Positions 8,835 through 18,556 of a stretch of DNA of 64,000 nucleotides are shown here, in pieces. How positions within the stretch are numbered: position 1 is the stretch's first letter; each line of letters begins with the position of its first letter. A model generated the notes under the pieces. The model was not told the origin of the DNA. It made no database searches and saw nothing but the letters and a program-made list of their open reading frames with translations. The translations under genes were made by a program, and so were the position numbers. The DNA is from Ostreococcus lucimarinus (lineage: Eukaryota): assembly GCA_000092065.1 (NCBI GenBank), contig CP000585.1; one strand, 5' to 3'.

Positions 8835-9956
8835 ATGGACGCGAACGCGAACGCGACGCGCGAGAGGGACGCGCCGGACGCCGTCGCGGACGCGGCGTGC
8901 GACGTCGAGCGACGCGCGCACGTGATCAGTGGACGCGTGGCGCAGTTGGATTCAAACATGAAGTCGCTGAAACTTGAACTCTCGGCGCTGAACGATGCGC
9001 TGATGGACATGGAGGGGAAAGCGAAGGAGGGGGACGGGGCGTACGATACGATGGAGACGCGCGCGGCGCTGTACGGCGCGAGACGGGTGATACAAGGCGC
9101 GGGACCGGGTGGAGACTTGTACGGGTACATGAAGCCGAAGACGACGCACTCGCGGTTTCTGCGACTGTTCGTCGGGGGAGCGGTGGAGATCAATTCCGTG
9201 AGACAAGAGGCGAGATTGCGGTTGAAGGAGGAGTATTATCACTTTCGCGATCAAAATACGGTGGTTTACGTGTTGGCGCCGTTGGCGTTGTTGCTCGGAT
9301 ACAGCGAACGCGTGCACCCGAAGGCGCTGGACGCGACGCAGATTGGATACTTGAGGGCGTTTTATCCGATCGCACTGCAGCTGTATTGGGTGTGGCTTTT
9401 GTACTTTTACACCGCACTCGCGCTGCGGGAGAACATTTTGCGCGTGAACGGGTCGACGATTCGTCCGTGGTGGATTAAGCACCACTACTATTCGGCGGCG
9501 ATGGCGCTGTGCGTGTTGACGATGGATTTAGATTCGCCCGCGTGCGAGGCGTTCACTTTGAGATTCTTACTCTTCACCACGCTTCAGGGAGTGGTGATGT
9601 TAGTCCAAAATAGATACCAGCGTTTCCGCTTGTACACGCGCGTGGCGATGGGGAAAGCGTCGCCCATGGACGTGGCGTCGATTGAACTCTCGGGCGGACA
9701 GCTCAAGCTTTTGTACCCACTCCTGTTCGGTTTGCAGGCGATGCAACTGTACGTCGGCGCGAGCGTGCTGTTCGTGGTCATGACGACGTATCGCATAGAA
9801 AGCCACATCATGCGAGAGTGGCAAGCGTCCGTGGCGGGCGTCTTATTCGTTCTCATGGCGGTTGGCAACTTCACCGCCACGCTCAACACGCTGCGATCCA
9901 AGCGCTCATTCGCGCACAAGAAGCGGACTCGCAGCCAAAGTTTTCATCAGGATTAA
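8835..9956 (+). CDS. TMEM120 / TMPIT (TACAN) family membrane protein
   Basis: 373 aa. The N-terminus is coiled-coil-like (LKLELSALNDALMDMEGKAKE) and is followed by multi-pass hydrophobic segments. It carries the conserved WWIKHHYYS motif and FLLFTTLQGVVMLVQNRYQR, as in TMEM120 proteins. Confidence 0.7.
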   Translation: MDANANATRERDAPDAVADAACDVERRAHVISGRVAQLDSNMKSLKLELSALNDALMDMEGKAKEGDGAYDTMETRAALYGARRVIQGAGPGGDLYGYMKPKTTHSRFLRLFVGGAVEINSVRQEARLRLKEEYYHFRDQNTVVYVLAPLALLLGYSERVHPKALDATQIGYLRAFYPIALQLYWVWLLYFYTALALRENILRVNGSTIRPWWIKHHYYSAAMALCVLTMDLDSPACEAFTLRFLLFTTLQGVVMLVQNRYQRFRLYTRVAMGKASPMDVASIELSGGQLKLLYPLLFGLQAMQLYVGASVLFVVMTTYRIESHIMREWQASVAGVLFVLMAVGNFTATLNTLRSKRSFAHKKRTRSQSFHQD

Positions 9957-10021
9957 AACAACTTTAGCGCACTGTCAGTTTATTCACTGCACTACTACCA
10001 TTATAATTACTCCTTACATAA

Positions 10022-11989
10022 CTACAGCTCGTCGCGGCTCGCGATCTCCGGATCCAGGTTTGGCTTGATGTTCGCCAGCCCCTCCGGAAGCGGCAAGAAA
10101 AACTTGTGATCGCCGCACGTTTGCATGATTTGATACACGGATGACCATATATAACTGTTCGCCTCTTGAAACTGCCTGAGCATCCACGTGCGAACGATAG
10201 CGACGTGGTACGGGTTGATGTTGTGCACACCATCTTGAGGATCGAACGGCAGTAATACGCCTTCTCTTCGCGTCTGAGCCACGGCGATGACGTAATAATC
10301 TCCTGAACTTGTCGCTTGAATCAACATCCGCTGAATCGTATCGTAATCAACTTCGACGCCCGGATGGTGGTACAGCGTCCAAGGAGTGTCCCACGTCGCG
10401 AGTCTCGGATATTCATCGGTGGTCACGGTGAAGAGCGGTCTAGTTTTGTACGTGTCGACTTGGCTCCACGGTGTACGCTTTGCGTGCGCAATCTTGGCTT
10501 CGCCGAGGAGAGATTCGAACTTTGTAAAGACCGCGCTCAAGGAAAGCTCTTCATCGATCCACTTGTACACGTCTTCGACCAGAGGAAGACTTGCCGCGCC
10601 CGTGGCAATAGCCGTCAAAGCCGCGGCGCCGCCCGGTACGCTCGGCGCTGCGAAATACGCACCTTGTATCGATTCACGTGCCCCAATTTCGACCGCTAAC
10701 CCATATTTGGTGTAATCGCGCATCGCGGTGTAGTTCGTCGTCACTACGGGCGTACCCAGCGCTTGGCACTCGAGGACGACCATGCCGAAACCTTCCGATT
10801 TCGACGTGTGCAAACACACGTCGGCGTGTCTTTTCAGTGCCGACGTGAAAACCTTGTCGTGCAAATTCTCATCCAGCGTGTACATGTTCGATGGAATTTG
10901 TGCGCGTTGAAGCGCGGCACGTAGGGATATACCCGTTCGCAAAACCGCGACGGGCGGCTTGCTCTTGTGGTTCAGATCGTTTTGCGTCATAGCGCTGTCC
11001 ACCGTATGAATCCAGAGGTGCGTCTTTAATTTCGGGTTCGCTCGTTGAAATTCAGCGAACGCGTTGATTGACGCCACCCATCCTTTCCTGTCAGAGTTTT
11101 CGTAGTTGCCACCTTGCATGAGCACCAAGAAGGTGTCGTCGTCGACTTCGTCGATGCTCCTCGAGAACATTCTGTCGTACTTTTTAGAATCAAACACCGC
11201 GCGGCGAATGACTTTGCGTCTATTTTTGACATCGTCGGCGATTTTCAGTTTCGTCTCGAAAGAGTCCGCGAGCGCGTTGAGCGACGCGCGATCGATAAAA
11301 TGAGGAATCGTGCGCGTGAGCGGCTGCTCCGTCGCGATCGCGCGACCCGTGGTGTCGGACAACGCCGCCACGCCCGAGTACGTCCGGACCACCGCCACCG
11401 ACGCGTCCGCTTCTTCGTGGTGATACGGCATCCACAAAACCACGGGCACGGCGAAATCGTACCCATCGAAATACATTTGTCCGATATCCATGAGCAACAC
11501 GAAGGCGTCCAGTCGGTGCGTCGACGACGCCTCGTTCACCTGCTTCATCGTCATCGACAGCTCGTTTATCCGCGCGTACGGCGCGTGCACGTCCGGCACG
11601 CCCAAAAACGTCAGGTGCTCCATCGCCTTTTGCTCCGCTTTCGTCGGCGCGCGCACGTCGCCCGCGAAGCGTTCGCGAGCGCGGCGCCAATCCGCGTACT
11701 CGCCCGGAGGCAACCGCACCCCCGGCACGCGCGGCATCCAAAACGTCTCGTACCCATTATCCGCGAACGCTTTAGAGAGTCCCAGCGCCTGCGCCTGGTA
11801 CGCGCCGAACGTCCACGGAACCGTCGCCGCGACGAAGCACACGCGCCGATCGTCCGCCGCGCCCGCGCTCGCCGCGTTCGCCCCCCCCCCGCGACGTCCC
11901 CACAGCGCGTCCGCGCGCGTGACCCCGCTCGCGATCGCCCACGCGACGCACGCGACGACGACGATCGCCCGCGCGCGTCGCGTCGCCAT
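10022..11989 (-). CDS. GT1-family glycosyltransferase with an N-terminal signal peptide and a C-terminal RDEL ER-retention motif
   Basis: The ORF 10022..12118 carries an Arg-rich upstream extension. The likely true start is MATRRARAIVVVACVAWAIASG at 11989. It has the GT1 C-terminal catalytic motif HTSKSEGFGMVVLECQALGTPVVTT (E-x7-E). The protein ends ...IASRDEL. Confidence 0.7.
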   Translation of the reverse strand: MATRRARAIVVVACVAWAIASGVTRADALWGRRGGGANAASAGAADDRRVCFVAATVPWTFGAYQAQALGLSKAFADNGYETFWMPRVPGVRLPPGEYADWRRARERFAGDVRAPTKAEQKAMEHLTFLGVPDVHAPYARINELSMTMKQVNEASSTHRLDAFVLLMDIGQMYFDGYDFAVPVVLWMPYHHEEADASVAVVRTYSGVAALSDTTGRAIATEQPLTRTIPHFIDRASLNALADSFETKLKIADDVKNRRKVIRRAVFDSKKYDRMFSRSIDEVDDDTFLVLMQGGNYENSDRKGWVASINAFAEFQRANPKLKTHLWIHTVDSAMTQNDLNHKSKPPVAVLRTGISLRAALQRAQIPSNMYTLDENLHDKVFTSALKRHADVCLHTSKSEGFGMVVLECQALGTPVVTTNYTAMRDYTKYGLAVEIGARESIQGAYFAAPSVPGGAAALTAIATGAASLPLVEDVYKWIDEELSLSAVFTKFESLLGEAKIAHAKRTPWSQVDTYKTRPLFTVTTDEYPRLATWDTPWTLYHHPGVEVDYDTIQRMLIQATSSGDYYVIAVAQTRREGVLLPFDPQDGVHNINPYHVAIVRTWMLRQFQEANSYIWSSVYQIMQTCGDHKFFLPLPEGLANIKPNLDPEIASRDEL

Positions 11990-12568
11990 CTCGAGTCGAG
12001 ACGAGCGTCGCGTTCTGCGGCGTCGCCCTCGCGTCCCGCCCGCGTCCCGCCCGCGTCTCCGTCTCCGCCGCGTCTCCGTCTCCGCGCGCGCCTCAAAATC
12101 CGTTATCGCACTCCCCAAAGTAATCGTGCGTCGCCCACGTCGCCCTGTCGCCGTCGTCGCTCGTCGCGATCGCCCTCGCCGCGTCCGCGATGGCTTCGGC
12201 GCACGCGCTCAAGCTCTCGCCCTCGTCCGGCTCCACGTCGACGCACCACGCCTCGCCGTCGCCCACGGGCGCGCACCGCGCGACGTTTCGTCGCCCGATG
12301 GCGCGCTCGACGACGCTCACCGCGTCCGCGCCGCGCGCGCCGCGCGCGATGCGCGCCGACACCCGACACCGCGCGGCGTCGGCGTCGACGCGAACGCGCA
12401 GCGACCGCGCGCGCGCGTCGACGTCGTCGAGCGTCAGCGGACGCGCGTCGCGCTCGACGCGCGCGTCTCCGCGCGCGCGCGCGTCGCGCTCGACGACGAC
12501 GACGAATCGAGGCGTCATGGGCCGGGCGCGACGCGACGTGACGGCACACGCGCGCGCGAGCGACGGCG

Positions 12569-15424
12569 ATGGCGACGACGGCGACCGGGACGACGACGAC
12601 GACGCGGGCGGGCGTCGCGCGCGCGCGGCGCGCGCGCGCGACGGCGACGCGTCGAACGGCGACGCGCGTCGGGAGGGGCGTCGAAGACGCGCGACGCGAT
12701 GACGAAGCCTCGGCGCGACGACGAGGGCGCGCGGTCGCGCGCGCGAGCGCGGGCGCGGGCGGGAGCGGAGGGAAGAAGATAAGCCAGAATGAGTTCACGG
12801 CGCGCGCGTGGGACGCGATCGTGCGGGCGCCGGAGGTGGCGAAACAGAGCAAACAACAAATCGTGGAGACGGAGCACGTGTGCGAGGCGCTGTGCTCGCA
12901 AAAGGACGCGTTCGCGATGCGGATATTCGCCCAAGCGGGAGTGAAGGATTTGAAATTAGTGATATCGAGAACGCGTGATTTCATCGCGGGGCAGCCGCAG
13001 GTGAGCGGGGCGGCGCAACAGGTGCTGGGGAGGTTTTTGGAGTCGCTCGTGGACGACGCGCGGACGATTTCGAGCGGCATGTCGGACGAGTTCGTGGCGG
13101 TGGAACATTTGGTGCTCGCGCTGGCGCGAGACGAGAGATTTGGGAAAGGATTGATGGCGGATTTGGGGATCACGTACGCGAATCTCGAGGCCGCGGTGAT
13201 CACGCTGCGTCGGGGAGAGAACGTGACGGATCAAGACGCCGAGGATAAGTACGAGGCGCTGAAAAAGTACTCGCGGGATTTGACGGAGGAGGCTCGGGCG
13301 GGGAAGTTGGATCCCGTCATCGGCCGAGACGATGAAATTCGTCGCACGATTCAAATCTTAAGTCGTCGCTCGAAGAATAATCCGGTGTTGATCGGAGAAC
13401 CCGGGGTAGGGAAGACGGCGGTGGCGGAGGGACTGGCGCAACGCGTCGTTCGAGGCGACGTCCCGACGTCTCTCCAAGACGTGAAAATCATGTCATTGGA
13501 CATGGGTTTGCTCATCGCCGGCGCAAAGTTTCGAGGGGAGTTTGAAGATAGGCTAAAGGCGGTGATGAAGGAAGTTTCCGACTCCATGGGGAAAATTATC
13601 CTTTTCATCGACGAGATTCACACCGTCGTCGGCGCCGGAGGCGGAGGCGGCGGGGGCAACGGCATGGACGCGGGTAACTTGCTCAAACCCATGCTCGGGC
13701 GAGGTGAGCTGCGATGCATCGGAGCAACGACGTTGGATGAGTATCGCACGTACATCGAGAAAGATCCCGCGCTCGAACGTCGATTCCAACAAGTTATAAT
13801 CGCGCAGCCGACGGTGGAGGACACGATCAGTATCTTGCGAGGTTTACGCGAACGCTACGAGCTTCATCACGGGGTCTCGATCTCTGATTCTGCCTTGGTC
13901 GAAGCGGCGACGCTCAGCGACCGATACATCGCCGATCGCTTCTTGCCGGACAAGGCGATCGATCTCGTAGATGAGTCCGCAGCCAAGCTCAAGATGGAAA
14001 TCACGTCGAAACCGACGGTTTTGGATGAAATCGATCGCGAGATTTTGAAACTTCAAATGGAGAAGATATCGTTGTCGCGACCAGGCGCTTCGCGAGACGC
14101 GCGCTCGATCCAATCCAAAGTTGAGAAGCTCGACAGCGATCTGAAGGCGCTCACCGAAAAGCAGTCGGTGCTCAACGATCAATGGCAAGGTGAACAAAAC
14201 AAGTTGAAGGCGATTCAGACTTTGAAGGAAGAAATTGATTCGGTTACGAACAGCATTCAGCGCGCCGAGCGTGAGTATGACTTGAATAAAGCGGCTGAGT
14301 TGAAGTACGGTACGCTCATGACGTTGCAGCGAAGACTAAACGAGGCAGAGGAAGTGCTCGAGCTCGCTACTTCGGAGGGACCGACTCTTTTGCGCGACGA
14401 AGTCACCGAGGCCGACATCGCGGACGTCATCTCCAAGTGGACCGGTATTCCCGTCGCCAAGCTCCAGCAAGGCGAGCGGGAAAAACTTCTTGATTTACCC
14501 GCCGAACTTCACAAGCGAGTCGTCGGCCAAGATGAAGCCGTGCAGTCTGTGTGCGAGGCTATTCAGCGCTCTCGCGCGGGTCTCTCTGACCCGAACCGCC
14601 CGATTGCGAGTTTCATGTTCCTCGGCCCCACGGGCGTGGGTAAAACGGAGCTGTGCAAAACATTGGCAAACTTTTTGTTCAACACCGAGGAAGCGATGAT
14701 TCGCATCGATATGAGCGAGTATATGGAAAAACACTCTGTGAGTCGCTTGATTGGCGCTCCGCCCGGGTACGTCGGTTTCGAGGAAGGCGGTCAACTCACC
14801 GAGGCGGTACGACACCGTCCGTATTCTGTCGTACTTTTCGACGAGATGGAAAAAGCACACGGTGATGTTTTCAACGTATTGCTTCAGATTTTGGACGATG
14901 GTCGCGTCACCGATTCGCAAGGGCGTTTGATCAACTTCAAAAACACTATTCTCATCATGACGTCAAACATCGGTAGTCAATATGTGCTCGACACCAACGA
15001 AGCTTCGAAAGAAACTAGACGCGAGCGTGTGATGGATGCTGTGCGTGGACACTTCCGACCGGAGTTCATCAACCGTGTGGACGAGTGGATCGTCTTTGAT
15101 CCGCTTGCGAAGGATCAAGTCACCGCCATCGTTCGACAACAAGTCGAACGCGTCACCTCCCGTCTCGCTGATCGTAAGATTGGACTCCGAGTCTCCGACG
15201 AAGCCGTTGCGTTACTCTCCGACACCGGCTACGACCCCGCATTCGGCGCTCGTCCCGTGAAGCGCGCGGTGCAGAGCTTATTAGAAACCGCCGTAGCCCA
15301 AGCCATCCTTCGAGGCGACGTCAACGAGGATCAAACCGCCGTCGTCGACGTCGACCCGTCGTCCACGGGGAAGCTTGTCGTCACCGCAAAAGATTCTCCC
15401 AAGTCTGCAAACGTCATCGCATGA
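12569..15424 (+). CDS. CLPB: ClpB/Hsp104-type AAA+ disaggregase chaperone. An organellar form is suggested by the N-terminal presequence.
   Basis: 951 aa. The Clp N-domain reads [18 protein letters not shown]. It has two AAA modules (GEPGVGKTA, Walker [10 protein letters not shown]; second [20 protein letters not shown]) separated by a long coiled-coil middle domain. The C-terminal domain reads [10 protein letters not shown]. Confidence 0.92.
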   Translation: MATTATGTTTTTRAGVARARRARATATRRTATRVGRGVEDARRDDEASARRRGRAVARASAGAGGSGGKKISQNEFTARAWDAIVRAPEVAKQSKQQIVETEHVCEALCSQKDAFAMRIFAQAGVKDLKLVISRTRDFIAGQPQVSGAAQQVLGRFLESLVDDARTISSGMSDEFVAVEHLVLALARDERFGKGLMADLGITYANLEAAVITLRRGENVTDQDAEDKYEALKKYSRDLTEEARAGKLDPVIGRDDEIRRTIQILSRRSKNNPVLIGEPGVGKTAVAEGLAQRVVRGDVPTSLQDVKIMSLDMGLLIAGAKFRGEFEDRLKAVMKEVSDSMGKIILFIDEIHTVVGAGGGGGGGNGMDAGNLLKPMLGRGELRCIGATTLDEYRTYIEKDPALERRFQQVIIAQPTVEDTISILRGLRERYELHHGVSISDSALVEAATLSDRYIADRFLPDKAIDLVDESAAKLKMEITSKPTVLDEIDREILKLQMEKISLSRPGASRDARSIQSKVEKLDSDLKALTEKQSVLNDQWQGEQNKLKAIQTLKEEIDSVTNSIQRAEREYDLNKAAELKYGTLMTLQRRLNEAEEVLELATSEGPTLLRDEVTEADIADVISKWTGIPVAKLQQGEREKLLDLPAELHKRVVGQDEAVQSVCEAIQRSRAGLSDPNRPIASFMFLGPTGVGKTELCKTLANFLFNTEEAMIRIDMSEYMEKHSVSRLIGAPPGYVGFEEGGQLTEAVRHRPYSVVLFDEMEKAHGDVFNVLLQILDDGRVTDSQGRLINFKNTILIMTSNIGSQYVLDTNEASKETRRERVMDAVRGHFRPEFINRVDEWIVFDPLAKDQVTAIVRQQVERVTSRLADRKIGLRVSDEAVALLSDTGYDPAFGARPVKRAVQSLLETAVAQAILRGDVNEDQTAVVDVDPSSTGKLVVTAKDSPKSANVIA

Positions 15425-15458
15425 CCGAGCACTGATTCTTCTCTCGCACTCGCATTGG

Positions 15459-15463
15459 TGTAA
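15459..15463 (+). terminator. TGTAA poly(A) signal candidate 35 nt after the ClpB stop
   Basis: UGUAA is the usual green-algal poly(A) signal. The motif lies at the expected distance downstream of TGA 15422-15424. Confidence 0.4.
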
Positions 15464-15481
15464 TACGCAAAGCCTTCATTT

Positions 15482-17047
15482 TTGACTCCTCGCGCCTTCG
15501 AACCGCACTTCGCGCCGCGAACGCACCGCGCACAATGGGCGAAGACGACGATGAATGGCGCTCGCGCGTCAATCGCGACGAGAACCGCGAGGAACTGTGC
15601 GTTTCGAAGCGTGGTGCTCCCGAGCGACGACGAACCGCGCGCGCAAAGTCAATCATCAATCATCTGGAATTGTCGACGAAAACGCGCCGACGGGCGAAGA
15701 CTGACCGCGCACGCATCGTCCGCGCTCGACAGCATGACCGCGATGCTCTCCGCGAAAGATCCGCCCTACGCGGACGCGGTCGTCACGAACGCTAGGGTGG
15801 CGGCGACGAAGCTGGAGAAGATGCTGTTCGAAAAGTGCAAGAGCGAAGAGTCGTACAAGCGCAAAGTTTTAAACAAAATAGAGTCGATCTCGGAGAAGAT
15901 CATACGCGACAGGGCGCAAAAGAATATGGAAGCGCAAGGCTTAAAAATGGCGGAAGCGCCGGCGAAGCGGGCGAAGACGGAGGGTGTGGGAGGTGGCGAA
16001 GCGGCTTCGACTTCGACGGCGCGTTCGCCGTACGAAGAGGGGCGAGCGTATTTTGAAGCGTTGTCGCCGGTGGATCAGAAAACCATGCGAAGGGACATCT
16101 TGAAGCGATGGTTGGAAGAGAATAAAGGGAAGACGGCGATCGCAAACGAGTTTCAATCGACCGAAGACGCGCAGGTGAGGAGGCAGATTTACGTTAACAA
16201 GCTCAAAGATCACCTCGATTTGCACATGTTCAAGTCGTTGACGAATCAGTTACGGGCGCAGCGTCCGACGATAATCAATCCCGAGCTTCAAGGATTTGTC
16301 GCCGATCTCGTGGCGACGGATGCGATGGCGATGCAAGCGGAAACTAAGCGTCAAGCCATCGCCGCCGCCACCAAGTCGTCGACGGTTCAACCTACGTCAG
16401 AGTATTGGCTCAAGGTGCACGAGTTGCACGAAAAATATCACGCCACGCTTAGCCGGGCGCTGAAGAATATTCAAAGCTTGACGAAGAGCGGAGAAAAGCT
16501 ATCAGCGATTCGACAAAAGTTTGTCGACTTGCTGTCCAAGGTAATCTTGCCCGCTATCGAGCAAACTCCGAACAATCGCAACTTGAACGTCGAGGCGACG
16601 GTGACGCATCTCGAGGAAATCGAGCGATCGATCAAGAAAGCGTTGTCATCGTACGACGTGCACGCACAGCGCATGCAAGACCAGAAACGTTTGTTGACGA
16701 TGGCACCGACGCAACGCGCCATCGTATCTCTCACCGAAGGCGTGGAGAACAAGAACAGAACCGACGCTCGTGCCGCCATCGCCGAGACGTGCTCGAAATT
16801 AAACATCGATTTCGACGACTTCACCGCCGATCTGTTCGACTCGGACGAGGAAGAAGACGAAGCGATCGACGTGAACGTACTCTTAAAGGACGTCTTCGCG
16901 AGCGCGGGTGATCAGGCACTCGAAATCGTCCCCGCGGGCGCGCCCGAAACCTGGACGCTCGAGCTCGGCAAGGACGTCGTCGCCGTCGGGTTTCGCGGCG
17001 ACGCCATGTCTGAAACCGAGCGCATCGCCACCGTCGCCGAGTATTAA
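15482..17047 (+). CDS. Nuclear protein with a KIX-like N-terminal region, possibly Mediator Med15-like. The start is probably internal, for example MTAMLSAK.
   Basis: 521-aa ORF. The segment ARVAATKLEKMLFEKCKSEESYKRKVLNKIESISEKI resembles a KIX helix bundle. There is an acidic C-terminal stretch DSDEEEDEAID. No strong enzymatic motif was seen. Confidence 0.35.
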   Translation: MTPRAFEPHFAPRTHRAQWAKTTMNGARASIATRTARNCAFRSVVLPSDDEPRAQSQSSIIWNCRRKRADGRRLTAHASSALDSMTAMLSAKDPPYADAVVTNARVAATKLEKMLFEKCKSEESYKRKVLNKIESISEKIIRDRAQKNMEAQGLKMAEAPAKRAKTEGVGGGEAASTSTARSPYEEGRAYFEALSPVDQKTMRRDILKRWLEENKGKTAIANEFQSTEDAQVRRQIYVNKLKDHLDLHMFKSLTNQLRAQRPTIINPELQGFVADLVATDAMAMQAETKRQAIAAATKSSTVQPTSEYWLKVHELHEKYHATLSRALKNIQSLTKSGEKLSAIRQKFVDLLSKVILPAIEQTPNNRNLNVEATVTHLEEIERSIKKALSSYDVHAQRMQDQKRLLTMAPTQRAIVSLTEGVENKNRTDARAAIAETCSKLNIDFDDFTADLFDSDEEEDEAIDVNVLLKDVFASAGDQALEIVPAGAPETWTLELGKDVVAVGFRGDAMSETERIATVAEY

Positions 17048-17079
17048 TCGCTTCATTAGTTCGTGAATATACAAATGTA

Positions 17080-17511
17080 CTACTTTCTCCCACTACTTCC
17101 TTCCCCATCGTCCGGGTCGTGACACGCGTGCAACCACGCGCGATCCGCCACCTGCGTCGGCTTTGCTCGCTCGCACTCGTCCACCAACCGTCCGTTTCTG
17201 TAAAACGCCACCGTCGGCGTCCATCGCACCGCGCGCGCCGTGAACGGCAGCGCGTCCACGTCCGCGTCCACGAACGCGACCTCGCCGCCCCAGCGCTCGC
17301 GCAGCGCGTCGATCGCGGGCGTCAACTTTGCGCAGTGTTTGCACCACTCGGCGCCGTAGTTGACGACCAACAGCCTCGATTTATGCGTCCTGAGCGCGTC
17401 CGCGAACGCCGCCTCGCTCTTGATCACCGCGCGCGCGGTCGCGCCGTCGCTCGTCGACGCCTCGGCCGCGCTCGCGCGACGCATCGCGCGCGCGACGCGA
17501 GATGGCGCCAC
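17080..17511 (-). CDS. Thioredoxin with a WCKHC active site, probably organelle-targeted
   Basis: 143 aa. The motif is LVVNYGAEWCKHCAKLTPAIDAL followed by FVDADVD...TPTVAFYRNG, the thioredoxin fold order. The N-terminus is Arg/Ala-rich and presequence-like. It converges on the upstream gene with a 33-bp gap. Confidence 0.8.
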   Translation of the reverse strand: MAPSRVARAMRRASAAEASTSDGATARAVIKSEAAFADALRTHKSRLLVVNYGAEWCKHCAKLTPAIDALRERWGGEVAFVDADVDALPFTARAVRWTPTVAFYRNGRLVDECERAKPTQVADRAWLHACHDPDDGEGSSGRK

Positions 17512-17549
17512 ACTTCGGGACGCACCGCCTCGGGACGGCGACGCCTTTG

Positions 17550-18404
17550 ATGGATCACGAACGAGAATTACGCGTCGCCGAGCGCGCGGCGCGCGTCGCG
17601 GGAGCGGAGATCGCGCGCGCGTGGACGCGCGATCGCTCGAACGAGACGAGCGTGGAGTACAAAGGCGCGGTGGATCTCGTGACGGCGACTGATAAACTGT
17701 GTGAAGATTTAGTCTTGAGCGCGCTGCGGGAAGCGTTTCCAGAGGATGATGTCGTCGGAGAAGAGACGCACGCGGCGAGCGGGGCGAAAGAATTGTCGAA
17801 AACGACGTCGGTGAGGTGCTGGTACGTCGATCCGCTGGATGGGACGACGAATTTTGTGCACGGGTATCCGTTTAGTTGCGTGTCGGTGGGGTTGTGCGAG
17901 GGCGGCGAACCGACGGTGGGCGTCGTTTTTAATCCGATATCGGACGAAATGTTCACCGCGGTGCGAGGACGCGGGGCGTTTTTGAATGGGAAGAAAATTT
18001 CGTGCAGTGCGGTGCGAACGCTGGGGAAGGCGCTGATCGGAACGGAGATTGGCGTGCACAGGGACGGGAAGACGGTGGACGCGATTATGGGTCGCGTGCG
18101 AGCGTTGGTGGAAAAGTCACGCAGCGTGCGGTGCTCAGGGTCGTGTGCGATGAATATGTGCGGCGTGGCGATGGGTAGACTGGATGGGTTCTTCGAGATC
18201 GGGTTCGGCGGACCATGGGATTGCGTGGCGGGAACGATTATTGTGCGCGAAGCTGGCGGCGTCGTGTTCGATCCTTCGGGAGACGCGTTCGACATTTACG
18301 CGCGACGAGTGCTGTGCGCGAATGGAAATATCGGTGATGAATTCGTGAAAGCGCTAAGCGAGGTCCCAGATGGGCCGGGGGAACCTCAGCGACCGGAGAT
18401 CTAG
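17550..18404 (+). CDS. Inositol monophosphatase family (IMPase / L-galactose-1-phosphate phosphatase, VTC4-like)
   Basis: ORF 17502..18404. The likely start is MDHERELRVAE at 17550. Motifs are WYVDPLDGTTNFVHGYPFSCVSVGL and GGPWDCVAGTIIVREAGG (WD-x-AG). The two start codons of this head-to-head pair are under 70 bp apart. Confidence 0.85.
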   Translation: MDHERELRVAERAARVAGAEIARAWTRDRSNETSVEYKGAVDLVTATDKLCEDLVLSALREAFPEDDVVGEETHAASGAKELSKTTSVRCWYVDPLDGTTNFVHGYPFSCVSVGLCEGGEPTVGVVFNPISDEMFTAVRGRGAFLNGKKISCSAVRTLGKALIGTEIGVHRDGKTVDAIMGRVRALVEKSRSVRCSGSCAMNMCGVAMGRLDGFFEIGFGGPWDCVAGTIIVREAGGVVFDPSGDAFDIYARRVLCANGNIGDEFVKALSEVPDGPGEPQRPEI

Positions 18405-18556
18405 TGTGTTTTCCCGAGGCGGCGCTTGACGGCGCGCGAGCTGGCGTGCAGCGCGTGCTCGACGAAAACCGAGCACGTGTACAAGCCGCCCAAAATCGCA
18501 CTGCACCCGAGCACCCATTCGAGGAGTGGTTTGCGCGTCTCCCGTGTAATGACCTA

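Noticed and set aside
8134-9193. Long ORFs 8134..8925 +, 8156..8977 +, 8186..9193 - and 8391..8921 -
   Set aside because: They are Arg/Ala/Ser/Pro-rich low-complexity translations of ~75% GC DNA. They overlap the better-supported 7579..8748 (-) and TMEM120 (+) genes and have no motifs.
11114-13203. ORFs 11114..12541 + (475 aa), 11490..12782 + (430 aa) and 12103..13203 - (366 aa)
   Set aside because: They are antisense to or overlapping the GT1 and ClpB genes across the ~85% GC divergent promoter. All are poly-Arg/Ala.
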